Of a stretch of 64,000 nt of DNA, positions 25,817 to 38,369 are shown piece after piece. Origin of the DNA: Phoronis australis (lineage: Eukaryota > Animalia > Phoronida); the NCBI GenBank assembly GCA_002633005.1, contig NMRA01000158.1, forward strand, positions 428,733 through 492,732. The letters run 5' to 3'. The notes under the pieces are model-generated. The model worked only from the letters and a program-made list of their open reading frames with translations, did no database searches and was not told the origin of the DNA. The position numbers were made by a program, and so were the translations under genes. Each line of letters opens with the position of its first letter. Position 1 is the stretch's first letter.

Positions 25817-27573
25817 TGAATAATCCTGTTTAGAGCAGTATTTCACCTGACGCTACATGAGTCAGGTAAAGACAAGTGCGAGACTAGCGAAAAGTAACGA
25901 GGAGAAGATATCCGGTTGCATTTGTTAGATCTGTGTCCCTTCGACATTTTGTTCGTCAACAGGCGTGATTCTGCGTAACTTCAGCGAAATGGAACCCGGT
26001 GAAGGAAGATTTGCATAGATACGTTCAAATTATTTTGATTGAATTGTTTCCAGAATCATAGCGTGCGTTAGTTATGATTCAATGTGTATATATGCATGTT
26101 CCATTCGATGTTATTTGAGACGAGTAACCATATATGTGACTGAGTAGGCGATCGCACGCGAAGAGTTATTACAGAGCGAGATAGAGACAAATATTTTACA
26201 TCCAATGTTCAAATTCATGCTCCGACACAAACATGGCATACTAATGAGTAACAAAATAACACATTACAGAATTACACTGCACTTCAGCACTATGTGGCAA
26301 AGTTCCCATACTATAACAATATAACTACTGTTGCCCTACCCAGGTACAGTTCACTTACAAGACTGCAGCAATGTATACAGTATAAAACACAACGAAAAAC
26401 TAACCTGAGACGTACTTCTCAACACTTCTCCCCAAATATGTTGCAACCGAGACAAATGTCCATGCAAGTGAATAACCTTGACCTACAAATCTGTTAACTG
26501 ATTGGTCGTACCACCAAAAGACTAGCAAATAAAGAACAAAATCATTACATAAGAAAACAATGCTAGAATCATTAACACCCCTCATGATGTAGTGCTAAGA
26601 TAGTAACTGGCTAGAGTCATGCTGCAAGGGATCAAATTCTCCCAAGTATAAGGACGCTTTCTATGCTTTGTTCTACAAATATAAACAATGAAGTTACGTA
26701 AACTGAACTTCGCTCTACCACACTGTTACGTTGTCTCACGTTTTTAATCCGTGTCATTTTTTTCATCGTTGGATATTGGCAACAAAACATGAAGCCAATG
26801 CGAGCTTAATGGGTCTAGTGTTTTGCTAAATTCTATTTTTGTTTAATCCAGTTCCAACGCAAAGGACCCAAATCTGGAGTTATTTTTGTACAGTGAAAGG
26901 TTACAAACCCCTGCTTTAGCGATTTCGACCAATGCTCGTTCTTTCACCTGCTAATGCATCATTGACGTCCACCTTGAGTTATAAAAAGATGATTGGATTA
27001 AAACATGGATATTATTGTTCTTGGCGGGTGATCTTTGCCTATAGTTACCTTGTAACTCGCCTAAAGCGCACGTGGCCTTGCCTATTGAGCAAACTTTCAA
27101 AGGAATTTGGCTCCACGATTTTGAATGTTGTCGAGGGTTACATAGCAATATTTTGTTTCAGAGAACTGGATGAGAAGGTCGCTTTTTATATCAGATTATA
27201 GTCCAAAACCGGGCTTGGTATCTTTTTAATATTCTGCAGTGTTGTTTCAGTCTAGTGGCAGAGGTATTTAGTTTGAATGGACGTTACACATCAAAACTTT
27301 GGTTTAGCGTGCACAGAACCACATTTTCGGGACGTCTGTGTATTTCAACGCTTCATTTTCTGTCTTATCTTTAATGGTAAATGTGATCTTCTAACTGTTT
27401 TTCTTCAAGTACACGTAGAATCATTTTGTCCAGCCGAGAATCCTAAACGGTCATATTTGAGAACAACGTGGACTTAGATGGCGTAACGTACATGGCCATC
27501 AAACATAAAGCAAATTCATGTTCTACATGTGCCTCGTAATGGGTGGAGTGAATGTAAGTTCGACACAGTACTA

Positions 27574-28017
27574 CCGGGAATTTCCGTAGATAAACCCATG
27601 GGCGTGTAATCAGAAAATGAAAATTTTCAGGCGTTTTAGCAACACCAAATAAACGCCTTGGCGTTTATTCGGAAAAGGGGGCGTGTAAAGGGAAAGTCAT
27701 AGTTTTGCATGATTTGACACCATTTTACATAAAACTGTGTTTTTATTTTTTTGTTAATAAATGCATAGTTCGCCAACACCTTGTTCGTTTTTATAAGTGA
27801 TAAACGCTCCACAAAACTGAATTTGTAACAAAAAGTTGACACTGAGTGGCCTTTTAGGATGAAATTTTCCAAAATAATGTCCCACTGTCTGGACACTTGA
27901 CACCAAACGTTGTGACACAAAATAAACACCAGTTGGCTTGTACATTATTTGGCATAATTTTCCGAATAAATGCCCTTGTGCGTTTCATCGGATGGGCTTA
28001 TTTACGAAAAAAACCGG
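27574..28017. mobile_element. MITE with TA target duplication
   Basis: TA|CCGGGAATTTCCGTAGATAAACCCAT ... ATGGGCTTATTTACGAAAAAAACCGG|TA. Confidence 0.65.
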
Positions 28018-28819
28018 TAGATCTGAGAAAGCAGTATGTAAAGCACCAGCGAACATGAATTTTTCACCTCAACTTTGGTTGCCTGATGACAGACATCTCC
28101 AATGTTTGAAAACCTTGTTATAACCAATTGTTGCCATCCCCATGAAGATCAACGACCTTCATTTGGTAGTTGGTGTTAGAGGTGTTATCATTGACGTTTG
28201 GAGTGTTTCTGATCTCTACTCAAGTTCACTGGTTCAATACAAACGACATCGAAAACGATTTTGTATGAAATTCGTAGGATCCACATTGTCACAATTTGGT
28301 CTGACCTTGTATATGGTTTGGTTATCGAGAGGTTACCGTTGTTAGTTGGTCTATACTGACTTATGCTCACCGACGAGTTCGTTTTGCAAGTGCAGGTAGC
28401 AGTCACACTAATGCTGGTATACACGTGTTGCTTGGCAGTCTACCGGTGGTTTGGGCGGAGGATAGTTGTGTTTTGCCACGCTCTTTACTTTATATTTGAA
28501 GCACACGGTGCGCGTACCAGTTAGAACATTTTGGAACATGTTAGTGCGACTTGTATCGAATATTTGTTAGTACAGGTACTTATAATATGATGTGTCAGTT
28601 TAATTTACCTGGGCGTTATGTGAAGGTGGTTTTACCGTTCCTTCTAATTGCAATTCGAAAATACGTTTATGCTATGCTTGGGCTATTGAGACGGTCGGTT
28701 CACTCACTTGTTAGTGTATCTGAGTAATTTTTAAGTGACTCTTAAGTTCTATCACCACGCAGCTGAAGCACGAGTGCAGGAGGCTGGTCAAGCTGGGGTG
28801 GCGTAATATTGTCAGAACA

Positions 28820-28999
28820 GTGGAAAATCTGTGATGGTGACAAGACAAAGTTGTGGCACTGTGTAGTGGAAAATCTGTGATGCTGACAAGACAAAGTTGT
28901 GGCACTGTGTAGTGAAAAATCTGTGATGCTGACAAGACAAAGTTGTGGCACTGTGTAGTGAAAAATCTGTGATGCTGACAAGACAAATTTGTGGCACTG
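28820..28999. repeat. 46-bp minisatellite, about 4 copies
   Basis: Unit GTGGAAAATCTGTGATGCTGACAAGACAAAGTTGTGGCACTGTGTA starting at 28820, 28866, 28912 and 28958. Confidence 0.95.
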
Positions 29000-29374
29000 C
29001 TTAGGACCCTAAAGAGACACTGAGACCTTTTTGAACTATAATAATTTTCGTATCGGCAATCATTATAATAAGTTTGTGTGTTGTGTGTGTGTTTGAGGGG
29101 TAATATGTATTATAAAATTAACTGTATTCTGTCTATTGTGTCTTGAGGAATTGGCTGCCACTAGACAAACTTGACACACATGGTGTGCAATCAACCAGTT
29201 AATAGACAAAACTTTTTATCTTATTTTTTAATTAATCCCAAACTTGATGGACAGTTGGACTTGCCTTTATATAACTATAAATCTTAGATAACTAGAAGAC
29301 TTATCTTCTGTTTTGTCTTTCCCTCGACATTTGCAATGCTTTCCCACCGGGATCAACGTTGCGGTCACATTACT

Positions 29375-30032
29375 ATGGTGGGCCGTTGAGGGGAAAGTGT
29401 CGCCGTAAAATTACGCTCGTAACTACGAACGTAAATTAAATTGCAGGAGTGTCGCCGTACAATTACGCTCGTAAATTAAATGGGGAAAAGTTTCGCCGTA
29501 AAATTAGGCTTGTAATTACGAGCGTAACTTAAATTGCAGGAGTGTCGCCGTACAATTACGCTCGTAAATTAAATGGGGAAAAGTTTCGCCGTAAAATTAC
29601 GCTTGTAATTACGAGCGAAAGTTAAATTGCAAAAGTGTTGTAGTAAAATTACGCCCGTAAATTAAATGGGGGAAATGTCGCCGTAAATTACGCTCGTAAA
29701 ATACGTTCCAAATTTAAACCGATCAGTGATGACCTAACATACACGACTGTTGCTAGGCAGCTCGTATGGCAGCAGCGATTTGATCCGCCATGATTCAGCG
29801 CTCATATCGTAGACATGACATCCGTCAGTAAATAAGTATTTCCATGAGCGCGCGCGATCGTGGATTGTAAAACCCAACGTCATTGGCTAAGAGTTTAAAC
29901 TAAATTACGAGCGTAATTTTACGCCGTAAAGAATTAAATTAAACTCGTAATTTTACTGCGTAAATAACGGCGTAATGTACACAATTACGCTCGTATTTTT
30001 CCGGCGACACTTTCCCCCCAACGGCCCATCAT
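29375..30032. mobile_element. Foldback-like TIR element with subterminal repeats and 8-bp target duplication
   Basis: ACATTACT|ATGGTGGGCCGTTGAGGGGAAAGTGTCGCCG ... CGGCGACACTTTCCCCCCAACGGCCCATCAT|ACATTACT. The interior carries many copies of CGCCGTAAAATTACGCTCGTAA in both orientations. Confidence 0.8.
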
Positions 30033-31240
30033 ACATTACTATGTATTTGTTATTTACGTTGCTTTTCTTTGAAATACACACTAAAGAAACGAGTTTTTCA
30101 GTAGGGCCTTTCAAAAACAACAAACACCAGTTTTTGGTGGTAACACATTTTCTATGTATAAAACTCGTTTGCCTATTATTGGGTGGGGGAGAGCTATTAA
30201 ACCCATAAACCCAAAGTTTCGCCCTGGTGTAAGTGCCGCGAGGCACTGAAAGTGTCTTACTATTGCAGTCTTTAGGCAGTGCTGAAGACGAAGTAGGGTT
30301 TATTCAAGACACTACATACTCAAAACCGAGGAATCACTGGTATACAATCTCCTAGTCAGAACTGAAAAACACCAGAATCATTTTGAAACGAATTATATTA
30401 TTTGTAAAGATGATCACGTTTCAAGACGTCCAAACTGGTGACAGGAGTGATGTGTTTAACTACCGATGTACTCCCAACAGGATCAAGAAACAACTTAAAA
30501 AATGATTATGCAGCGGCTTGAGACATAACTGGCTTCATGATTGCTCAAATGCTACCTTAAAAGGATACTTAACCCTGTTTTGATTATTTCAAACAATCAC
30601 GTTACGTCGGACCTGGTAATAAATCATTGGTGTTTCACGGTTCTCGGTGGTGGTCTTTACTTACAGTTGTCTTCAAAGCTTAGGTCACGTTAGCCAGAGT
30701 AGGCGACTTTGAAAGGAGATTCAAAATTTTGCTCCAAGCTTTTGAGGGTTGTCGAACGTTTTTTTTTTTGGTTCAGAGAACTGGATGGAAAAGTCGTTTT
30801 CAATATCTCTTGCTAGGACAAAACAGGGTTTAGTATCCTTGTAAGGAAGTGTAAAAATATATACACACGCACAAAAACACACACACAATAAGATGACTAA
30901 TAGATGAAAGTTCCAAAATAACACCTAACAGACTTTGAAAACAAGGTTGAAAAAAGTTTTGGACACATTCACGTGACACTAGGAGTATGATGGCTATCAA
31001 GAATTTGAGAAGAAAATGTGCGTTTAATTTAAGCTTCTAAGTTCTAGGTAACAATCAGAGCAAGTCACGTGGAACACCATATTTTGCAAACTATGTTTAA
31101 CGTGGTACACCTTGTTTTGTTTAAATTTTGCTTTTTATTACAAGTTATCGTCTCTGGTGTGATTATTATAAAATATGATTAAATCTTTTGACTAAATGTA
31201 ATTCATTCAATGATCGCTTCATAGAACAGTTTTCCAGTCA

Positions 31241-34200
31241 CTAATTTGACTTATTCATGTTAAGTTTCGGCTTGTCCCTAGTAGCTCTGCACGGAACTTT
31301 GGGAGAGTTTTGTCCCTTGACTTTAGAAGTTTTTTTACAAACACGAGTGCATCTTGTCAGACTGTTAATGCATTCCGGGTGCGTTTTAACTCCGTGTATT
31401 TCACACCTCATGTTGAAGGCATTGCGGTGATACTTCAGCGCCAAATCAAATTTAGCCATCCTAAAGTAAACCATTCCAAAATTGTTCAAAGTGGCTGCAA
31501 TTTGCCGATGATTGACACTTCCAAAAAGCCTTCGTTTCATTTCAAGCGACCTTTTCAAGAATTCGCAAGCTTTTTGATATTGTTTCACCATCATGAGTAC
31601 TGCTCCAATATTGTTCAAACACTTTCCGATTACCTGGTGATCACGTGACCCATATGCCAAGCTTGCCTGTGCCAAGGAGTTCTTCAGATGTTCTAAAGCT
31701 TTTTTGGTGTTACGCTTCATAGCATACACCATCCCGATTTGTAGGAGGTATACGGGTGCGTTTGGAGATACACGCCCCTTTTGAAGTCGATTGAGCATGT
31801 CTAATGAACCCGTGCCGTACTGTAACGCAGCGTCCCACTCTTTCTTTGCTATGTACGTGAGCATGATACTGCCCAGGCTTATCACAATTTCTTGGTGGTC
31901 AGCAAAATAAACCCGTTTCTTCATATCGAGTCCGCGAAACTGATAGTCCAATGCGTTGTCTAACTCTCCTTTATCGCAATACAAGTTTCCAATATTAGCC
32001 AAGCTTATTGCAATTTCAAAATGATCCACGTCACCATAAAGTCTTTTTTTCATCTTAAAGGAATCATCCTGGTACTTCAACGCTTCGTCTACCTTCCCTA
32101 AACATCTTTTGACTATTCCGACAAAACTAAGACTATTAGCTATACTCTTATGGTCCTCGTTGTTAAAGAGCTTTCTGTTGAGACTCAGCGATTCACTGTG
32201 AAATTTTAATGCTTGTGTGTAGTCCCCGATACGTCGATACGTTTCTCCGATGTTTGTCAAAATGGTACTTCGAAGACCTTCATTGCTGTGTTTGGAGTCC
32301 TTTCTAACCAGTGCAAGCGAGTTCAGCAGGTATTTCAAAGACACCTCCAAATTCCCTATGGCCCCATAAACTAGACCGAGAGTGTTTAAGACACGAGGAA
32401 TTTCAGGACTGTCGCTTTGCAATCTTTCAAACATGCCTAGTGACAACATACAATACTTCAAAGCTTCTAATGTGTGACACATATCAAGGTATACACGAGC
32501 CAAACAGTGCAAGCTTGCCGCTGTTTCCAGGCAATCATTGTTTCCATGTAATTTCTTGTACATCTGCAATGAATCCATACAATAGTCGAGGCTTTTAGCG
32601 TAATCGCCCATCTGGCAATAGATGTCGCTAATGCTATCTAAGCAAGAGGCAATATCTGAATGATCACGACCGTTGTGTACTTTCTTCAAAATTTTCAAAT
32701 CCCTAGTGAAGAAGTCCAGCGCTGATTTTAAATCATGGTAACCGTGTTGCTTGAAGTATAGGCTGCCAGCCAAATGCAACACATGCAACTGCAATGTGAT
32801 CTCAGAGTTGATCGTATTGAATGTATTTCCACCGCCAGTGGCATTTTCATTAATTTCTGCACTGGAATGTGCGCCAACGCGAGCCCATTTTTTCATCATA
32901 CTGTCAAAGTATTCTGATGCTTTACAAAATTTTTTTGTCGTTGACGCCTCTTCGAGGAACACCCTTGCTTCATGATACTTTTGATCAATTTCAAGAAATT
33001 CCAAATTCCACAAGAACTCTAGACAAGTTCCAATACGTGGATGATCATTTGAGCCGTGTAATTGTATCCTAACCGTAAGTGCTTATCTGAAAAACTTTGA
33101 AATGCACCCCTATAATTATCCATCATAAAGTACGCATTCCCGAAATGTTCCAAATTTAGCGCCACATCTGGATGAATCCCATTTCCGTGAATTTTGAAAT
33201 GCATATCGCGAGATCTTTCGAGATAGCGCAATCCTTCTGTAAATTTTTTTTGGAAACAGTAAATATTTCCGAGATTTGTCAAAGACAGTGCTAAATGAGG
33301 ATGACCATCTTCACCAAACAATCTTTCCAACATGTCTACAGACAATGTGGACCATTCAATAGCCTTTTCACAATCCCCACGTTCCAGCAGTAAACAACCC
33401 ATGTTATCGCACAAAACTCCAATTTCTAACGAATGTCTATCGCCATTCAAACTGCGGAAGGTCTCCAGTGCCCGATTGGTAAGCTTTTCAGCCAAACCGT
33501 AGTCCTTTGTCTGTGTAAGTAAAGTTGCCATCTGAGCTTCATACTCAACCACCTTTGGCAAGAGACAGCCAGTCGTTTCACACATGTCTACTGCCAAACC
33601 AACATATTTCAATGCCAAAGGATAGTTAAAATCAAATTCAAAAGTTCTGCCTATCAAGCTGAAACATTCTTGCACTTCTGCATCAGTTTCTTTGTATAAA
33701 ATCTTCTTGTTTTTGTAAGCGATTGCCTTAATGTTTTTGTTGCTTTCGCTCAAGTGGGTGCTCCGTTTGTAGATATGCTTGAAAAAGCTATTGCGTGCTT
33801 CTTCATTCAAACAGCAGTTGAGCTCTATTTCGCCCTTGAACCTATCGCTGTCCTCATAAAAGCTGTTCCCGGAATAGCGCAACTCCACTTTCAAGCCATT
33901 ACTTTCATATCCAGAAATAATGATCCCCGATAAGGGACGCACAGTGAAGCAATATCGGATAACAAGGATAGCAAAGTTGTCTAAGTAAGCAACACCATCA
34001 GAATGAAGGCTGCGGGCGGAAGAGTGTTTTTCAGGGAGTATGCTGATCAATTCGTCTTGACACTTTTTTCGCAAATACGTGGCGAGTCGAAGAAGTGACG
34101 ATATCGATACCATACATTTCAGGTTATGAGCTCCCTCTGAAGTCAAAAGGTTTCTGGACACCATCTCTTCTAGCACTTCCCACGTGGTGTCAGCACTCAA

Positions 34201-35956
34201 ACCAAAACAAGACTTGAACAAAGTGACAACCAACGTGGGCAATCTAAACATACTCTTCTTGATGTCCCGAACGGTAATGGATGGCCGGTTGAAATTTAAT
34301 TTCGGCATGAACTCAACAAAAGAGGCCTTAATTTCGGCAACAGCTTTTATTTGAACTTTAGCATTGGTTTTAACTTGTGTCCGTATAGAGGCAAATTCGT
34401 CTACAAGCTTCTTTGCCCCATTACTCCCGCCAATATGTAGGACAGAAGTCATTATACGATCAATGTTATAACCCTCTTTAAGCGCAGTTTCATATTCACA
34501 CAGCTGTGCCATACGCTGAGGTGTCCGGATCAGTTCACGACCTTTCTTGTTTGGCCTGTCCGGTCGACCGAGAGGTGTATTACACGCGTAAGGCGCGGCG
34601 CTGTCGAACTGGAGACCACGAGGCGCAACTTTGTCTTCAAACCATCCGCCAACCGTGTCGTAATCGTTCAATGATTTAATGGCTAGAGACTTAAGCAGAG
34701 TTTCCTGAATGTTCAATACAAACAAATGGACCAATCGTACCAAATTTTTGAAATATCCGATATCCTTTGACTCGTCTTCCACTAGAATTGCCCATTCGAG
34801 ATCAGAATAAGGAGTCGTATCACCTCTGGCTAATGACCCTAGTCCAATGGCTGCATATTCCTGGGGCGGTGGACCAAGGATGTTCTCACTTTCAGAAAGC
34901 AGATATCTAAAAAAACCTACCATTTTTTCTCTTAATTGCCCAAAAATATGTTGTGTTTTTTCAATGATCACTTTCTCGGCAGACACGCGCTCAGACTCAC
35001 TTACATCGAGGCTATAGCTACCTTGGATTTCTTTCAATAAATCATCAACCCTGCCACCAGTTGCTTTTCTTATTTCATCTAACCTACTGTTTACCTCAAA
35101 CCTAAAATCCAAAGGTGTTTTCTCAGGGGTAAGAGATAAAACCTTACAAAAAGAAAGTTCAGTGGTCTTTAATTGTCTTTCAAGATCTTCCACTAAACCT
35201 GGTCCCCGTGTTCTCAACATTGCTGCGTTAATGAGTGCCGCCGATTTCACAAAGTTGTCCACGTCTTTCGTCAACAGACCACGTTCACAATAGACCTTTC
35301 CCATTTCCATTAATAATTTAGCATCTCTCTTCAGATCATCACGTGACCCTTCCTTCAACAAGTCCGCCAGTGCTTGCTCACTTTGGTCCAGCTTGGAAAG
35401 ACAAATACCGTCTAAAACATAAGGAAAAGGAAATTAATAAGATTCACGTAGTGNACTTGTCCGACGGCCTGCGTAAATGGCTTCACAGTTTTTTTTTTTC
35501 GGGCAGGGTTCTCGCATTCTCGCATTCTCACACGCGATCGTAAAGCAAAAGTATGAGCTTTCAATAAATATGAAACAGCATTAGAGGGCGCAACAGCGGG
35601 GAAACGAAGAGCCGTCTCAGCCTATTTTAGAAGTCTATAGTCTCTTCATTTTTTGGACGATCTTAGCAACTCAACAAAACCTAAATTACAAAACGAGAAC
35701 TTGATGTACATACACTTTAGGTTTCGTGTTATTCACCGTTTGGTTTCCGTTGTCTAAACGAAGGTATCAAAAATAAGATTCACAGTAAATACTGCTGTTA
35801 TTGCTACTTTTGTATAACAATAATTTCCAGTAATTATAACTGTATAACTGGATTTCCAGTGACATCTACAGTAATGGTGATGTTTAGGGCTTTGGATTGA
35901 ATTGACACTATTTTCCATTGCTCTGACTTACCGTCAGTTCGAGTCATGTCCGCCAT
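31241..35956 (-). CDS. Nucleotidyltransferase + TPR-array protein, paralogue 2 (~1400 aa if repaired); one frameshift at about 33083
   Basis: Exon 1 is 35956-35932 (MADMTRTD, donor GTAAGT, phase 1). Exon 2 starts at 35411 (acceptor TTATGTTTTAG). NTase motif IGLGSLARGDTTPYSDLEWAILV. ORFs 33019-35361 and 31241-33013 join by a frame change at ...TCA GAT AA GCA CTT..., which restores the TPR-like ALTVRIQLHGSNDHPRIG. Confidence 0.8.
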
Positions 35957-38369
35957 GCTCTCGTTATTAGTTTCACTTCTTTAAATCTTCAGGTTTTCCG
36001 AATCCTTTTGAATGAAAAAATCAGCCTCCTAACTCACTGGTCAGCTAAAACAACAAAATGAGAAAGTAGGCAAACTTATGATTTACCAGGGTTGAAATCA
36101 GAAATTCTACAACAGAATACGATCACGACAGACCAACGATGAGCGACCTAAGCCCCTGCCTGCCGATACAGAGACTTCAGTAACACACTGAGCCTGCACA
36201 ATGCCGGTGTTCGTATCTCAAACCTGATTTCATGAAACCAGATATGATTCTATTTTCAAGCCCATAACTGAGTCGTCGGATTTAGTTCTACACGCGACCG
36301 AAAAATAAAATGTCACCTACGTGGAACGTCCTAGATCATGCAATGGGGCGCAAAATTACCAGAAACGCGCGAATGTATTTAACAACCCGTACAATGCCCA
36401 AACTAAGACACGCATTTTTGTCCTACACGGCGTGCAAGTTTGAAAACATCTCAAAGGATTCCTTCGCAAAAAATGCTTATTTCAGACGTTACAAAACTGG
36501 CCTAAACTCATGCCTAATATAAGAAGTTTGTTACTGTTCGGTGAGTTGTCCAGCCCCTGGAATCATTTTTATTCAAAGAAAAGTACAAACCTACTGCAAA
36601 CACCCTTTCCTCTTGATTTTTTATCATTTTTATCACTATGATATTCCACCGCTGTTTAGTTCCCAATGTTGAAACCCAAGGGCTTTGAAATTTAAACACA
36701 CTGCCGCACTCATCCGATATTGCCGAATGAACTGCCAGTACTCATGTCACTGCAAAGTTTACGCCTAGCTGGTTCCCTGCGTGCCGCTGGGTAGTCAGTA
36801 GCCATCACGTGCTGGCTAGGCACGAAGATAGCCAGCGAGAATGCGAGAGTGTACGCACGCGCCATTTCCAAAATCGCAGTTCTAGGGTTGGTCAACCGAA
36901 AATTTTCTGAAGCTTTTTCTTAAGCCACTGGTGGTTTTGATGTCCTTGTTGGCAAAGGAAATCAAGTCCTGTCATGACGAGGAATATTAGGAGACAGGTG
37001 TTATCAACTTGAGCTTGCGTAGGAACTAGAAAAATGTACAAAATGTGCAAACTTTGTAACATCATACCTTAGAAACGATTAATTGTATTCATATGAAAGT
37101 TGCATATACTGTGCGTTATGCGCTAGTCTAAAATGTGCTAAACATTGTTTTAGAATTTTCTTCCTTTGCATGAGAGGCTATAAAAATAGTTGCGTTTTGA
37201 CTTTTACGACTACAGGCTCTAAAGTTAAGTCGAAAAAAAGTCATATTTTAGAAAACTAAAAACGTATCATAAACGTTGATGTTATTGATACTATTGTTTT
37301 TCTATCATTGTAGCTTTACGTTTGCTAACTTTTACTAACAATCATGATCACGGGGCGTAATTGACGGCAAATTGGTGAAAATCAAATGCTACAGGCTGTG
37401 TACACTTTAACTGAGTTACAATTAATAGTTCAGACTGCGCAGAATCAGGTAAGTGAAAGCCGACTGGTGTCCGAAAATGGTCGAAACCTTTACAAAATGA
37501 CGACCAGCCAACAATGCGAGTCGCCAGCCGACTAGAACGACGTCTTTCGTGAGAATGCCACTTAAGTGAATGATCGGCCGGGCGAGGTTGGAATCTTGAA
37601 TCATGGGATAGAACTAACAAATTATAAGATAGGCTACGATTCACTGTGTTCGTTCCGCGAAAAATTTTGCCACACGTACAAACTAATGTCTTGGGTGTAC
37701 GGAACAGTCTTGTATACTGTGTCGATTCCACCTGAGGGTTGACTAGCGGGCATTCGGGCAGTGTCTCGTGGACCCCTCTCTCCTTAATAAGGAGAAATGG
37801 TTTTAATGCTAGTGAAAGTTGACACTAATTGGATGCAATTAATTTACGAGACATGACGTCCTTGATATTAGAGTCCCTAGGATCATAACCCTTTCCAATA
37901 AATTCGGACGACAAGTCAAAGCAATCATGAGATAAATTAAGGAGTTCAAATCACGTGGTCTGTGTGACGAGCGGGGTGGTCCGCCATATTGATTAGTGGG
38001 GATGGAAGTGAGTCGACCTCCCCATTGACTTAAGCATTAACAGCAACCAAACGGCAGCCATTTTTACTGTACGTACGTCAAGAAACGTTATGTACACGTA
38101 GTAACCCAGACCAGTGTCCTTATCAGGCTAACTTAGCAACATCATATCTTGCTGATTGATTAGACTCATACGAAACAGACACTGGGCTACATGAGTGATT
38201 CCCCAACGCGCCGTTACGAATTGTTTTTAAAATGTTCCACTTTTGCATAAGACGACTTTGATGATATTCATATTAATTTGAAAAATAATCAAAAGTTACA
38301 TAAATCGACAATGAAATGTAACAGAGTTCTTGAGATTTCATCTTCTGATTTGTGATCCCATACGCTAAT

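Noticed and set aside
28820-28999. CRISPR-like array or repetitive protein ORFs
   Set aside because: Head-to-tail 46-bp units with no unique spacers, no cas genes, eukaryotic context; the ORFs are by-products of the repeat.
13639-35956. Bacterial contaminant or endosymbiont scaffold chimera
   Set aside because: Both genes have matching spliceosomal phase-1 introns and are interleaved with transposon families that also occur in the Rh introns.
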